From assembly GCA_035506275.1 (NCBI GenBank), contig DATJPT010000006.1, positions 13,019-77,018 of the forward strand: 64,000 bases of DNA, given 5' to 3'. The position numbers and the translations under genes were made by a program. The notes beneath the pieces were generated by a model, which saw only the letters and a program-made list of their open reading frames with translations, searched no databases and was not told the DNA's origin. The DNA comes from Bacteroidota bacterium. GTDB lineage: Bacteria > Bacteroidota > Ignavibacteria > UBA10030 > UBA8401. Below, one piece after another: positions 7,935 through 16,539 of the stretch. The number at the start of each line of letters is the position of its first letter. The first letter of the stretch is position 1.

Positions 7935-9725
7935 TTAATCATCGTCCGCAGTGACACCGGCAACTTCCTCGATAGTAGTGATGCCTCTCTTCAGAAGATC
8001 GGTGGCATTCATGCGCAACGTCCGCATCCCGTTCTTGAGGGCGGCCTGCCTGACAGCTTCCTCATTCACGGACGAGCCGGCATCGAGGATCATCTGGCGG
8101 ATCTCTTTGGTAAAATAGAGGGCTTCGTGGATCGCCGTGCGCCCCTTATACCCCTTGATGCATTCGCTGCACCCGATCGGCTGATAAAATTTCGTGGAGG
8201 TGATCTCTTCATCCGACAGACCCAGCTTTTTGAGCAGCGGCACATCGGGGTCACTGACGGGGCTCTTGCAGCGTTCGCATAATTTCCTGACAAGCCGCTG
8301 CGCAACTATAATGTTGATGCTGTAGGCAATAAGGAACGGTTCAATGCCCATTTTGTACAACCGCGAGACAGCGCTCGGCGCATCGTTCGTATGAAGCGTC
8401 GACAGGGTAAGGTGACCGGTATTTGCAAGCTTCACCGCGATTTCAGCCGTCAGTTTGTCGCGAATTTCGCCGACCATGACGATGTCGGGGTCATGACGAA
8501 GTATGGCGCGGAGGGCTCCCTCAAAATCAAGCTTGGAATTCAGTTTCACCTGGCGCGCCCCTTCAATAAAGTACTCAACCGGGTCTTCGACCGTGATGAT
8601 ATTGAGGGAAGAATCCATCACCGTCCGGAGCGCCGCAACCAGCGTCGTGCTCTTCCCGCTTCCGGTCGGGCCGGTAACGATGATGATGCCGAACGGCTTG
8701 GCAATGGCTTTACGCATCATGCTCTCGCTGTACGGATCAAACCCAAGGTCCTCGATACTCCCCCCGATCACCGGTTCCATGAGCACGCGGATGACGATCG
8801 ATTCAAATTTGTTCTTCAGCTCTTTCCCGATCAACGGAATGACCGAGACGCGGAAACGGACGGTTCTCTTGTCGATCATCAGCTGTGCAAAACCGTCCTG
8901 CGCAGTGTTCCGTTCGAACCGGTCGAGATTCTTCGCGCGGTCTTTGACGACGGCAGCGACCGCCTCGGCGCGCGTCTCGCTGTTGGTGTACCACCGCGAC
9001 AGCTTGCCGTCGACACGGAAATGGAATTCGGTCACCTTATCCCCGCGGGGGATCACGTGGATGTCGCTTGCGCCAACGCGGACAGCGTCGACAAAAATAC
9101 TTTCGACGAGGTCGACGAGTCCGCTCTTGCTGATCTCCTCTTCAAGCGCCTGCTCATAATTCGCAGAATCCTCTTCCCCTTCATCGACGAACGATTCTCC
9201 CCGCAGCATCGTTTCCTTGTCTTTATACATCGCCTTGTCGATGCTCACCCGCTTCCACAAGCTGTCCCACTGGCTGAAGGGAACGTAACAAATCTCGAAT
9301 TTTTGGTAGTGGAACGTTCTTGCGATCTTGTAGACTTCGGGCTTCGTGGGATCGGGCGTGATCACGAGAAGCCTTCCGGGGCGTTCAGGGTCGATCGAGT
9401 ACGGGAGGACGTTATTCTCCTGTACCATCTCTCTGATCGAATCCGGAAGCGAGCTTAACTCCTTGCGGATGAACCCGAGCACGCCGTCGTCGATCGTCTC
9501 CATCGAAATATCGAGCGTACGGAAGGCATAGTAATCGGCAACCTCGCGATAGACAAGATCCCTGTCCATCTTGAATTGTTCGACGAGAATCTGCGGAAGC
9601 TTGCGGCGTCCCTTGTTCTCCTCCTTATTCAGGACGGCCACCGCCCGCTCAAGGACATCGGGTTGGATGATGCCCTTGTCGATCAGGATGTCGCCAAGCT
9701 CTTTTTTTGCGCTGCGTGTCTGCAT
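7935..9725 (-). CDS. GspE/PilB-family secretion/pilus assembly ATPase
   Basis: 596 aa. Carries Walker A GPTGSGKSTTL, Asp box/Walker B DPDIVMVGEIRD, His box TGHLTLSTLHTNDA, and a tetracysteine motif CERC...CSEC. The N-terminal T2SS_E-N-like domain includes LGDILIDKGIIQPDVLERAV. Confidence 0.93.
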   Translation of the reverse strand: MQTRSAKKELGDILIDKGIIQPDVLERAVAVLNKEENKGRRKLPQILVEQFKMDRDLVYREVADYYAFRTLDISMETIDDGVLGFIRKELSSLPDSIREMVQENNVLPYSIDPERPGRLLVITPDPTKPEVYKIARTFHYQKFEICYVPFSQWDSLWKRVSIDKAMYKDKETMLRGESFVDEGEEDSANYEQALEEEISKSGLVDLVESIFVDAVRVGASDIHVIPRGDKVTEFHFRVDGKLSRWYTNSETRAEAVAAVVKDRAKNLDRFERNTAQDGFAQLMIDKRTVRFRVSVIPLIGKELKNKFESIVIRVLMEPVIGGSIEDLGFDPYSESMMRKAIAKPFGIIIVTGPTGSGKSTTLVAALRTVMDSSLNIITVEDPVEYFIEGARQVKLNSKLDFEGALRAILRHDPDIVMVGEIRDKLTAEIAVKLANTGHLTLSTLHTNDAPSAVSRLYKMGIEPFLIAYSINIIVAQRLVRKLCERCKSPVSDPDVPLLKKLGLSDEEITSTKFYQPIGCSECIKGYKGRTAIHEALYFTKEIRQMILDAGSSVNEEAVRQAALKNGMRTLRMNATDLLKRGITTIEEVAGVTADDD

Positions 9726-9787
9726 TGTGCAGTCAGCTCATGCCGTTGCTGTGGGAAATAACCTCACCGCCCAAATCGCTGGACGGC

Positions 9788-11125
9788 TTACATCGTTCTA
9801 ATGTTCATCGACGCCGTCTCCGAGGAGAGCAGCGTCAGAAAGATCATCGCCCCCATGATGATCACCGAAATCATCACTTCGATGAAGTTCACAAGGTTCT
9901 TCATGGCGTAATGATTTTCCATCTGGTAAAAATCGGCGAGCTGGTTCGCCGTGTCTTTCACGGCGCCTGTTTCGGTCGCGGTCTTGAACCTCGAAACGAA
10001 CATCTCGGGGAAAAAATTCACCGATTCGAGCGCTTTTGCCAATTCGGTTCCGTATTTCAACATCGTCGGAATCGCCACTGTTTTTATCTGAAGAGAAAGC
10101 CAGCGGTTCCCGCTCGACTCTCCGGCCAGCTGGATCGCTTCGATGTTTTCGCCGGCCGACGTATACATGATCCCGAGAACACGGCAGAAGATCTCCGTGC
10201 TCGTGTTGCGAAGAATGTTTCCGACGTACGGAACTTTCACGATATACTTATGCATCATCAAGCGGCCTTTCGGCGTGATGATGTAAGAATAGAATCCGCC
10301 GATGATCAGGACAAAAAGCACGATGATAAGTGCGAGGTGGTTCTGCACCCCATCACTGAAACTCAGCGTGAACTGCGTCAACGGCGGTACCTCGTCGATG
10401 AGCGGTCCCATCAATTTCATCATTTTTGGGAGAAGAAAAAGAACGTAGAATGCGATCGCCCCGACAAGTGTCAAGGACGTCACCGCCGGAAGGATCAGGG
10501 CGCTGGTCAGCCCCTTCTTGAACTCCGCCTGACGTTCCACCAGCGCCGCAACGCTCTTAAAGATCGTCGTCATGTCCCCGCTTTTCGATGCAATGCCGAG
10601 CATCAGCGCGGTATGCTCTCCAAACACCTTCCCCTGCTTCAAAAACGCTTCGCGGGAATCGAGTCCGTTCTTCAGGTCAAGAATAATATCGCGCAGCGCG
10701 ACCTTCATATTCTTGTCCTTGACGCTGTTCACCATCACCTGGAGGACCTCGGTATACGGCAGCTTCTGTTCCAGCAGGCGCGCGCTCGTCCCGACGAACG
10801 ATACGATCTCATTCGAGGCCGCTTTGAAGCGAAAATCGTAATGCCGGCGTACCCAGCGGACGTCGAACCCTATCCGCTCCAGCGCTGCGACAACTTCCTG
10901 TCGTGTATATGCGCTTTGAAAACCGTCGATCGTTTTCGACCCGTGCCGCACTCGATACGCAAAATTCTTTTTCCGCCGTGCAGAGACGACTATCGTGTCG
11001 CGAAAACGAGGGTGAAGTTTCGCCCGCCGTTTTGCGTCGGAAGGAGAACTCGCTGTGACAAAACCCTGAACCGGTTTGCCCGCGGCATCCCGTGCGACAA
11101 TCTGATATGATGACGTTTCAGCCAA
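9788..11125 (-). CDS. GspF/PilC-family inner-membrane platform protein
   Basis: 445 aa with two repeated cytoplasmic-domain-plus-TM units typical of T2SS_F. The N-terminus is of the Y.A.D..G....G type (YQIVARDAAGKPVQGFV). The start is TTG, and the gene lies directly upstream of the GspE-like ATPase. Confidence 0.85.
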   Translation of the reverse strand: MAETSSYQIVARDAAGKPVQGFVTASSPSDAKRRAKLHPRFRDTIVVSARRKKNFAYRVRHGSKTIDGFQSAYTRQEVVAALERIGFDVRWVRRHYDFRFKAASNEIVSFVGTSARLLEQKLPYTEVLQVMVNSVKDKNMKVALRDIILDLKNGLDSREAFLKQGKVFGEHTALMLGIASKSGDMTTIFKSVAALVERQAEFKKGLTSALILPAVTSLTLVGAIAFYVLFLLPKMMKLMGPLIDEVPPLTQFTLSFSDGVQNHLALIIVLFVLIIGGFYSYIITPKGRLMMHKYIVKVPYVGNILRNTSTEIFCRVLGIMYTSAGENIEAIQLAGESSGNRWLSLQIKTVAIPTMLKYGTELAKALESVNFFPEMFVSRFKTATETGAVKDTANQLADFYQMENHYAMKNLVNFIEVMISVIIMGAMIFLTLLSSETASMNIRTM

Positions 11126-11325
11126 GACCTATTCGCTCAAGAATGTTGTGAGTGTTTACCCCGGCACGGCATCACCGCGCCGGATGATCATCGACACGCG
11201 CGTTGCGAAAAGCGCTTCCACGTTTGGGAATCGGACCTGATAAAGTTCGTCTTAAAATACGAAAACAATCAAATCTGGGTTATCAGTGAAACTACGGATA
11301 TTTTCTGTCGGGTAATGTACGGATA

Positions 11326-11985
11326 TTATCCGAGTTTGACAATCCCTTTCGTCAACGCATACCGCGTCAGGCCGGCAACGGTATGGATGTCGAGTTTCCG
11401 AATAATCCGCTCCCTGTGGGTCTCGACCGTGCGCACACTGACAAAAAGTTTCGCGGCAATTTCTTTGTTTCCGAAACCTTCCGCGATCAACGTCAGAACC
11501 TCCGATTCGCGCCGCGAGAGTTCGGCTCCCCCTTTCTTCCCCTTCGTCCGCGTGCTCTTTACCAAATCGTTCAACACCGTTTGAGAGACTTTCGGGCTGA
11601 AGTACGTCTCCCCCCGCTGGACCGTCTCGATTGCAGCGATGAGTTCCGACGGCGACGAGTCCTTGAGGACGTAGCCCTGCACGCCGGTGGAGATCATTCT
11701 GCTCACATATTCCTTCGTGTCGTGCATTGTGAGGATGAGAATTTTACTCTTGGGGACCGTCTTCTTCAGAAGGCGGGCGGTCTCTAAGCCGTTCATGCCG
11801 GGCATATTTATGTCGAGCAGAATGATCTGGGGAAGGAGATCTTTCGCGATCCGGAGAGCTTCCGCACCGTCGACCGCTTCACCGACGATCTCGAACGCCT
11901 TTTCCTGAGCAAGGTACGAGCGCAACCCCTCGCGGACAAGGGGATGGTCGTCCACAAGAAGCAGCGTGATTTTTGATTTTTTCAT
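11326..11985 (-). CDS. NarL/LuxR-family response regulator (REC + HTH)
   Basis: REC domain MKKSKITLLLVDDHPLVREG...ILLDINMPGMNG. The LuxR HTH is LSRRESEVLTLIAEGFGNKEIAAKLFVSVRTVETHRERIIRKL. I chose the start at Met27 of the track ORF (11985), 22 nt after the kinase stop, with AAAGGA upstream. Confidence 0.9.
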   Translation of the reverse strand: MKKSKITLLLVDDHPLVREGLRSYLAQEKAFEIVGEAVDGAEALRIAKDLLPQIILLDINMPGMNGLETARLLKKTVPKSKILILTMHDTKEYVSRMISTGVQGYVLKDSSPSELIAAIETVQRGETYFSPKVSQTVLNDLVKSTRTKGKKGGAELSRRESEVLTLIAEGFGNKEIAAKLFVSVRTVETHRERIIRKLDIHTVAGLTRYALTKGIVKLG

Positions 11986-12007
11986 TGTTCGAGTTCCTTT
12001 GTCCGAT

Positions 12008-14002
12008 TTAAAGAGGGAGTTGGACTTCAATTTCAATCCCCCCTCTTTGAGAAGAGTGAACAAGCACTGTTCCCCCGACGTATGCGGCGCGCTCTTTCAT
12101 ATTCAATAACCCCATCCCTGATTTCTTCGACGGATGAACAACGAGGTCGCGCTCATCAGCTCCTTTTCCGTCGTCCTTAATGGTCAGCTGCAAACGCGAA
12201 CGTTTCTTTTCGCACCGTACGGCGAGGTGTGTAGCCTCAGAATGCTTGGCCACGTTGCTAAGGGCTTCCTGGATGATGCGGTACATTGTCACCTCAATTT
12301 CAGGCGAGAGCTTTTTGGGAAAACGGAGGAACTTCAGGTCCACGTCCACCTTCGTCACCTCTTCAAACTCCTCGCACATGCTCCGCACGGCGGGGATCAC
12401 GCCGAGGTCGTCCAGCTCGCTCGGTCGCAGATTCTGAGATATGCGACGGACTTCCTGCATCGCCTTCTCGAGAGAACTTTTGGCGCTTGCGACGACGTTC
12501 AGCAGCGCCTTATTTTTGCGCGGCGTCCGTTCTTCAACTCCTTCGATCCTGAATTTGACCGAAGAGAGGATCTGATTCACGCTGTCGTGGAGCTCGCGCG
12601 CAACACGGCGGCGTTCCGACTCCTGGGCGTTAATGATGCGGATGGGGAGCTCGCGAAGCATTTCATCCGCAATTTTGCGGTCCGTAATATCGCGGAAATT
12701 GACAACGATCGCGCCGATCGCCGGGTCGTCGAGCATGTTCTTCCCCACTCCCTCGATCCACCGCCATGAACCGTTCTTCTCTTTGTAGCGGATTTCCGCC
12801 GACATGATCTTTGAGGGCTCCCGAAGAACTTCGCCAAGAAGCCGTTCTGTGGCCTCGAGGTCGCCGGGATGAATCAGCATAAGGGCGCTCCGCCCGATGA
12901 GTTCATCCGGCGCATATCCCAGCACTCTCGTGATCGACGAGCTCACGTATGAAAAAGCTCCTTCGCTGTCGACAAGAGCGATCACATCCGAACTCTCTTC
13001 GATGAGCGCGCGGAACCGCTTCTCTCTCGATGCGAGTTCATCGCGGACGTGAACACGCTCGCTGATGTCCCGTACAACATTCCGGTACTCGACGACGTTG
13101 CCCGCGGGACCGCGAATAATCCTCGTCGACTGTTCCACCCATGCGGAGCTTCCGTCTTTTCGTTTCCCCCTGAATTCGCACGTCGTATCGACGGTGCCGT
13201 CGGCCGTCCTCTCCCGGTAAAATCTCAGCACGCGCGGCCGGTCCTGCGGTACGATGAGATTTAAGAAGGTTCTGCCGAGGATTTCTTCGGGCAGGTAGCC
13301 GGTTTCCGAGAAGAAATTGGGACTGCTGTAGGTAATGCTGCCGTTCTGGTCGCAGAGAAAATAGACCTCGCTGATGTTCTCGACAAGATCACGGTATCGT
13401 TTTTCGCTTTCTCTCAGCGCCTGGTCGGCTTGCTTTCGTTCGGTGATGTCGATGATCGACACAAGGACTTTCGAATAGTCCAGCTCATGTCCCGGCACGA
13501 CGGACCATTGCAACAGAATGTCTTTCCGTTCGCCTGTCAGCGTCCGGTTGAAATCTTCCGCTTCAAACGTGGACTTGTTGGAAGCGATCGCCACCATCTC
13601 GTCGACGAACGCTTCATGAACTTCCTCGCCCAACACAGCGCTCAACCCGGCAAAGAAGTCCTTTTTGCCATCGACGTTGTACATCTTCATCGTCGCTTTG
13701 TTGACGTCGAGGATCTTGACCATGCCGGCACAGGCCGTGACCTCGCCGGGGTGATTCAAAAAGTACCGCTTAAAATCCTGAACCCCCGATTTTCGAAGCC
13801 GCTCAACGTAGGCTTTGACTTCCGAAAAATCCTCTTCCCATAATGAAAGGGGGGAGTTCTCAAAAAAGCTGTGATACCGCGCTTCGCTCTGGCGCAACTC
13901 CATGTCCTGACGACGCTGACGGAGAAGCGAACTCCAGAGCAGGATCGAGAATCCTACGAGGAGCAAACACACGGGGAGAAGAAAGCTGAAATGTGGTATC
14001 AT
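12008..14002 (-). CDS. Membrane-anchored multi-PAS sensor histidine kinase (HisKA_3 / NarX-type)
   Basis: 664 aa with an N-terminal TM helix and three PAS-like modules (ARYHSFFENSP..., EKRYRDLVENISE..., EKRFRALIEESSD...). The HisKA_3 H-box is RVARELHDSVNQ, and a C-terminal HATPase_c domain is present. Confidence 0.9.
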   Translation of the reverse strand: MIPHFSFLLPVCLLLVGFSILLWSSLLRQRRQDMELRQSEARYHSFFENSPLSLWEEDFSEVKAYVERLRKSGVQDFKRYFLNHPGEVTACAGMVKILDVNKATMKMYNVDGKKDFFAGLSAVLGEEVHEAFVDEMVAIASNKSTFEAEDFNRTLTGERKDILLQWSVVPGHELDYSKVLVSIIDITERKQADQALRESEKRYRDLVENISEVYFLCDQNGSITYSSPNFFSETGYLPEEILGRTFLNLIVPQDRPRVLRFYRERTADGTVDTTCEFRGKRKDGSSAWVEQSTRIIRGPAGNVVEYRNVVRDISERVHVRDELASREKRFRALIEESSDVIALVDSEGAFSYVSSSITRVLGYAPDELIGRSALMLIHPGDLEATERLLGEVLREPSKIMSAEIRYKEKNGSWRWIEGVGKNMLDDPAIGAIVVNFRDITDRKIADEMLRELPIRIINAQESERRRVARELHDSVNQILSSVKFRIEGVEERTPRKNKALLNVVASAKSSLEKAMQEVRRISQNLRPSELDDLGVIPAVRSMCEEFEEVTKVDVDLKFLRFPKKLSPEIEVTMYRIIQEALSNVAKHSEATHLAVRCEKKRSRLQLTIKDDGKGADERDLVVHPSKKSGMGLLNMKERAAYVGGTVLVHSSQRGGIEIEVQLPL

Positions 14003-14037
14003 GAACTTCCCGCGATGAAATCAAATAGGACCGCTGA

Positions 14038-15918
14038 TCACCCTTCTGCCTTAGCGGGCTCCTCAAAATATTCCCGTATTTTCGCCGCGACTTTGTCTCC
14101 GACAATTTCCGACAACTGGGCCTCCGTTGCGAATTTGACTCCCTGCACCGAACCGAACGCCTCCAGCAGTTCTTTTGCCCGCTTCTTGCCGATCCCTTCG
14201 ATCAGGTCGAGCTCGGTCTGAAGGGTCCGCTTGTCCCGCAACGACCGGTGGAACGTGATCGCAAATCTGTGCGCTTCATCGCGAACTTGCTGCAGCAGTC
14301 GGAGGGCGGACGATGATTTCGGGATCGGTACCGGGTCGCTTTGTTCGGGCACAAACACTTCTTCCAAGCGCTTTGCGAGACTGATGATCGGCTGTTCCTG
14401 AAGCTGCAGTTCGTCCAGCACTTCACATGCGCTCGAGAGCTGCCCCTTGCCTCCGTCCACCATGATCAAATCCGGAAGCGCTTGCTGCTCTTCCAGCACG
14501 CGCGAATACCGGCGGCGGACGACCTCCTTCATGCTGGCAAAATCGTCGACCATATTGGTCTCGGCCGCGGTCCGGATTTTGAACTTGCGGTATTCACTTT
14601 TCTTCGGCTTGCCGTCTTCGAACACGACCATCGACGCGACCGTCTCAGTCCCCTGAAGATGAGAGATGTCGAAGCATTCGATGCGCCGCGGGGGATTCTT
14701 CAAGCGAAGGTCCTTTTGCAACGATTGAACGGCGTAAGGAATGAAATCATCGCGCTTCATTTTTTGGAGTTTCAGCTCGTCCAGGAGATACTGCGCATTC
14801 TTGCGGCACATGGAGACGAGCTTTGCAAGCTCTCCTTCGGCCGGCGAAGTCACCTCCACCGGTTTCCTTCGCTGGCCGCTCAGCCATTCCTTTGCCGCGC
14901 CGGCAGATTCGATCGGAGAGGAGAGAACAACTTCCGAGGGAATGTCGTTTGACTCGAGGTAATACCGCTGGACCAGCGCCTCGATGATTTCCGCCTCGTT
15001 TTTCCCTTCCACCCTATTAATGTAGTAGTGCTGCCGGCCAAGAATTTTTCCTTCGCGGATCTTGAATACCACCCCGCATGCGTCATCTCCTTCGGCGGCG
15101 ACCGCAATGATATCCCGGTCATGCAGTTCGATGTCGACGATCTTCTGAGTCGAGGAATAGACCTCCAGTTCCCGCAACCGGTTCCGGAGTATTGCCGCGT
15201 CCTCGAACTTCAACTCCGCCGCCGCCGACCTCATCTGCGCGCCGAGCGATTCAATGACACTGTTGCTTTTGCCGAGCAGCACCCGAGCAACCTGGTCGAT
15301 CATCTGATTATAGCGTTCTTCCGACACCAGCCCTTCGCAGGGTCCTTCGCATTTTTTAATATGGTAATCGAGACAGACGCGGGTCTTCTTCTTCGCGATG
15401 AAGTCCTGGTCGATATGGTAGTTGCAGCTTCTGATCATAAAAATATCGCGCACGGTCTTGAGCGCGGACCGCATCGTGTGAACGTCGGTGTACGGCCCGA
15501 AATAGTGCGACCCGTCGCGGGACACCCGCCGCGTTACAAAAACGCGGGGATACGGCTCGTTGGTAATGACAATGTACGGATAACTCTTGTCGTCTTTGAG
15601 GCTGACGTTGTAGCGGGGCTTTTTCGACTTAATGAGGTTGGCCTCGAGGATAAGCGCCTCAACCTCAGAATCGGTCGTGATAATTTCAACGTCAGAGACC
15701 TTTTCGACCATGAGGGCGATGCGCGGGTCGAGCGCTCGCGATTTGTGAAAATACTGGCGGACCCTGTTGCGAAGTATTTTGGCCTTGCCGACGTACAGGA
15801 CCGTCCCCTCGCCGTCCTTAAACTGATAGACCCCCGGCGACGTCGGGAGATTGTTCAATTTCTCGTCGAGCGAGATCTCATCCCGCGTGAACGAAACTAT
15901 TTTTTCTTCGCCTGACAT
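14038..15918 (-). CDS. uvrC: Excinuclease ABC subunit C
   Basis: 626 aa. GIY-YIG N-terminus PGVYQFKDGEGTVLYVGKAKILRNRVRQYF, a UVR domain, an Endo-V-like domain, and a C-terminal (HhH)2 motif IEGIGKKRAKELLEAFGS. Confidence 0.97.
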   Translation of the reverse strand: MSGEEKIVSFTRDEISLDEKLNNLPTSPGVYQFKDGEGTVLYVGKAKILRNRVRQYFHKSRALDPRIALMVEKVSDVEIITTDSEVEALILEANLIKSKKPRYNVSLKDDKSYPYIVITNEPYPRVFVTRRVSRDGSHYFGPYTDVHTMRSALKTVRDIFMIRSCNYHIDQDFIAKKKTRVCLDYHIKKCEGPCEGLVSEERYNQMIDQVARVLLGKSNSVIESLGAQMRSAAAELKFEDAAILRNRLRELEVYSSTQKIVDIELHDRDIIAVAAEGDDACGVVFKIREGKILGRQHYYINRVEGKNEAEIIEALVQRYYLESNDIPSEVVLSSPIESAGAAKEWLSGQRRKPVEVTSPAEGELAKLVSMCRKNAQYLLDELKLQKMKRDDFIPYAVQSLQKDLRLKNPPRRIECFDISHLQGTETVASMVVFEDGKPKKSEYRKFKIRTAAETNMVDDFASMKEVVRRRYSRVLEEQQALPDLIMVDGGKGQLSSACEVLDELQLQEQPIISLAKRLEEVFVPEQSDPVPIPKSSSALRLLQQVRDEAHRFAITFHRSLRDKRTLQTELDLIEGIGKKRAKELLEAFGSVQGVKFATEAQLSEIVGDKVAAKIREYFEEPAKAEG

Positions 15919-16355
15919 TATCGGTCAACTCGTTCCTTTTTGGAGTTTTCCGGTTCACTCAGTTCGATGAGCACACCGTTGGTCGATTTCGGGTGCATGA
16001 ACGCGACCCTGCAGCCGGCACCCCCGGCAAACGGGGCCGTGCTCGTAAACTGAAATCCGAGCTTCTGCAGCCGATCCATCTCCTGTTGGATATCGTCAAC
16101 CTCGAGACAAATATGATGGACTCCCTCACCCCGCTTTTCGATAAAGTCAGTGATCGCGGAACCGGCTCCCGATGAACTACGGGCCTCGACCAGTTCGACC
16201 GAACTTTCTCCGATCGGATAAAATGACACCGTCGCATGCTGCTGTTCAACTCTTTCCGTGCGGGGAAGATCGTTCTGCAGCAGTCTTGAAAAAAGCTCTT
16301 TTGACAGCCCCAGATCTTTCACGGCTATTGCGACATGAGCAATTCGTTTGATCAT
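15918..16355 (-). CDS. mce: Methylmalonyl-CoA epimerase (VOC/glyoxalase fold)
   Basis: 145 aa with IAHVAIAVKDL...GVHHICLEVDDI...AFMHPKSTNGVLIEL, typical of epimerase-type VOC proteins. There is a 1-nt overlap with uvrC. Confidence 0.8.
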   Translation of the reverse strand: MIKRIAHVAIAVKDLGLSKELFSRLLQNDLPRTERVEQQHATVSFYPIGESSVELVEARSSSGAGSAITDFIEKRGEGVHHICLEVDDIQQEMDRLQKLGFQFTSTAPFAGGAGCRVAFMHPKSTNGVLIELSEPENSKKERVDR

Positions 16356-16411
16356 AGCGGTTCATATTTTGGGAAATGACGGCGACGACGGTACTGCAGG
16401 AAAAATAACAA

Positions 16412-16444
16412 AGCGCAGACTATGAAACAACCGCCGTCTGCGCT
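16412..16444 (-). terminator. Candidate terminator hairpin after the T9SS cargo gene
   Basis: 9-bp inverted repeat AGCGCAGAC / GTCTGCGCT with a 15-nt loop. On the minus strand it is followed by TTGTTATTTTT. The large loop makes this only moderate evidence. Confidence 0.4.
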
Positions 16445-16539
16445 GTTCGATCGAAGCCTTCTCCAGATGTTCCCGACCCGAGGTTAAAAAGATAAGTCCA
16501 TAAGGAGCTTTCTCCGACGACCCGTGGGGTGAAACACAG

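Noticed and set aside
9627-9701. Possible MshEN-type c-di-GMP binding motif at the N-terminus of the GspE-like ATPase (ELGDILIDKGIIQPDVLERAV)
   Set aside because: It shows only the generic T2SS_E N-domain pattern. The leading Arg of the RLGxxLLxxG motif is Glu here, and I cannot verify the second half-site by eye, so the evidence is insufficient.
8391-11110. Long plus-strand ORFs (355 aa at 8391-9458 and 467 aa at 9707-11110) opposite the GspE- and GspF-like genes
   Set aside because: They are antisense shadows of well-supported genes, with extreme Arg/His/Asp content and no recognisable domain.
11986-12063. N-terminal extension of the response-regulator ORF (track start 12063)
   Set aside because: It would overlap the kinase 3' end by 56 nt. 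The REC domain begins at the internal MKKSKITLLLVDD, which has an AAAGGA upstream. I trimmed two other N-terminal extensions on similar grounds. At 29917-30012 (FAH gene) the FAH domain begins at the internal Met. At 42784-42924 (PorV/PorQ gene) the signal peptide begins at the internal ATG.
15028-15915. 295-aa ORF antisense to uvrC. Similar antisense ORFs lie at 21229-22134, 24076-25203, 33288-34214, 34755-35387, 36129-36953, 46956-47888 and 57066-57821.
   Set aside because: Each lies wholly within a confidently identified gene on the other strand and shows the same Arg-rich composition. None has independent support.
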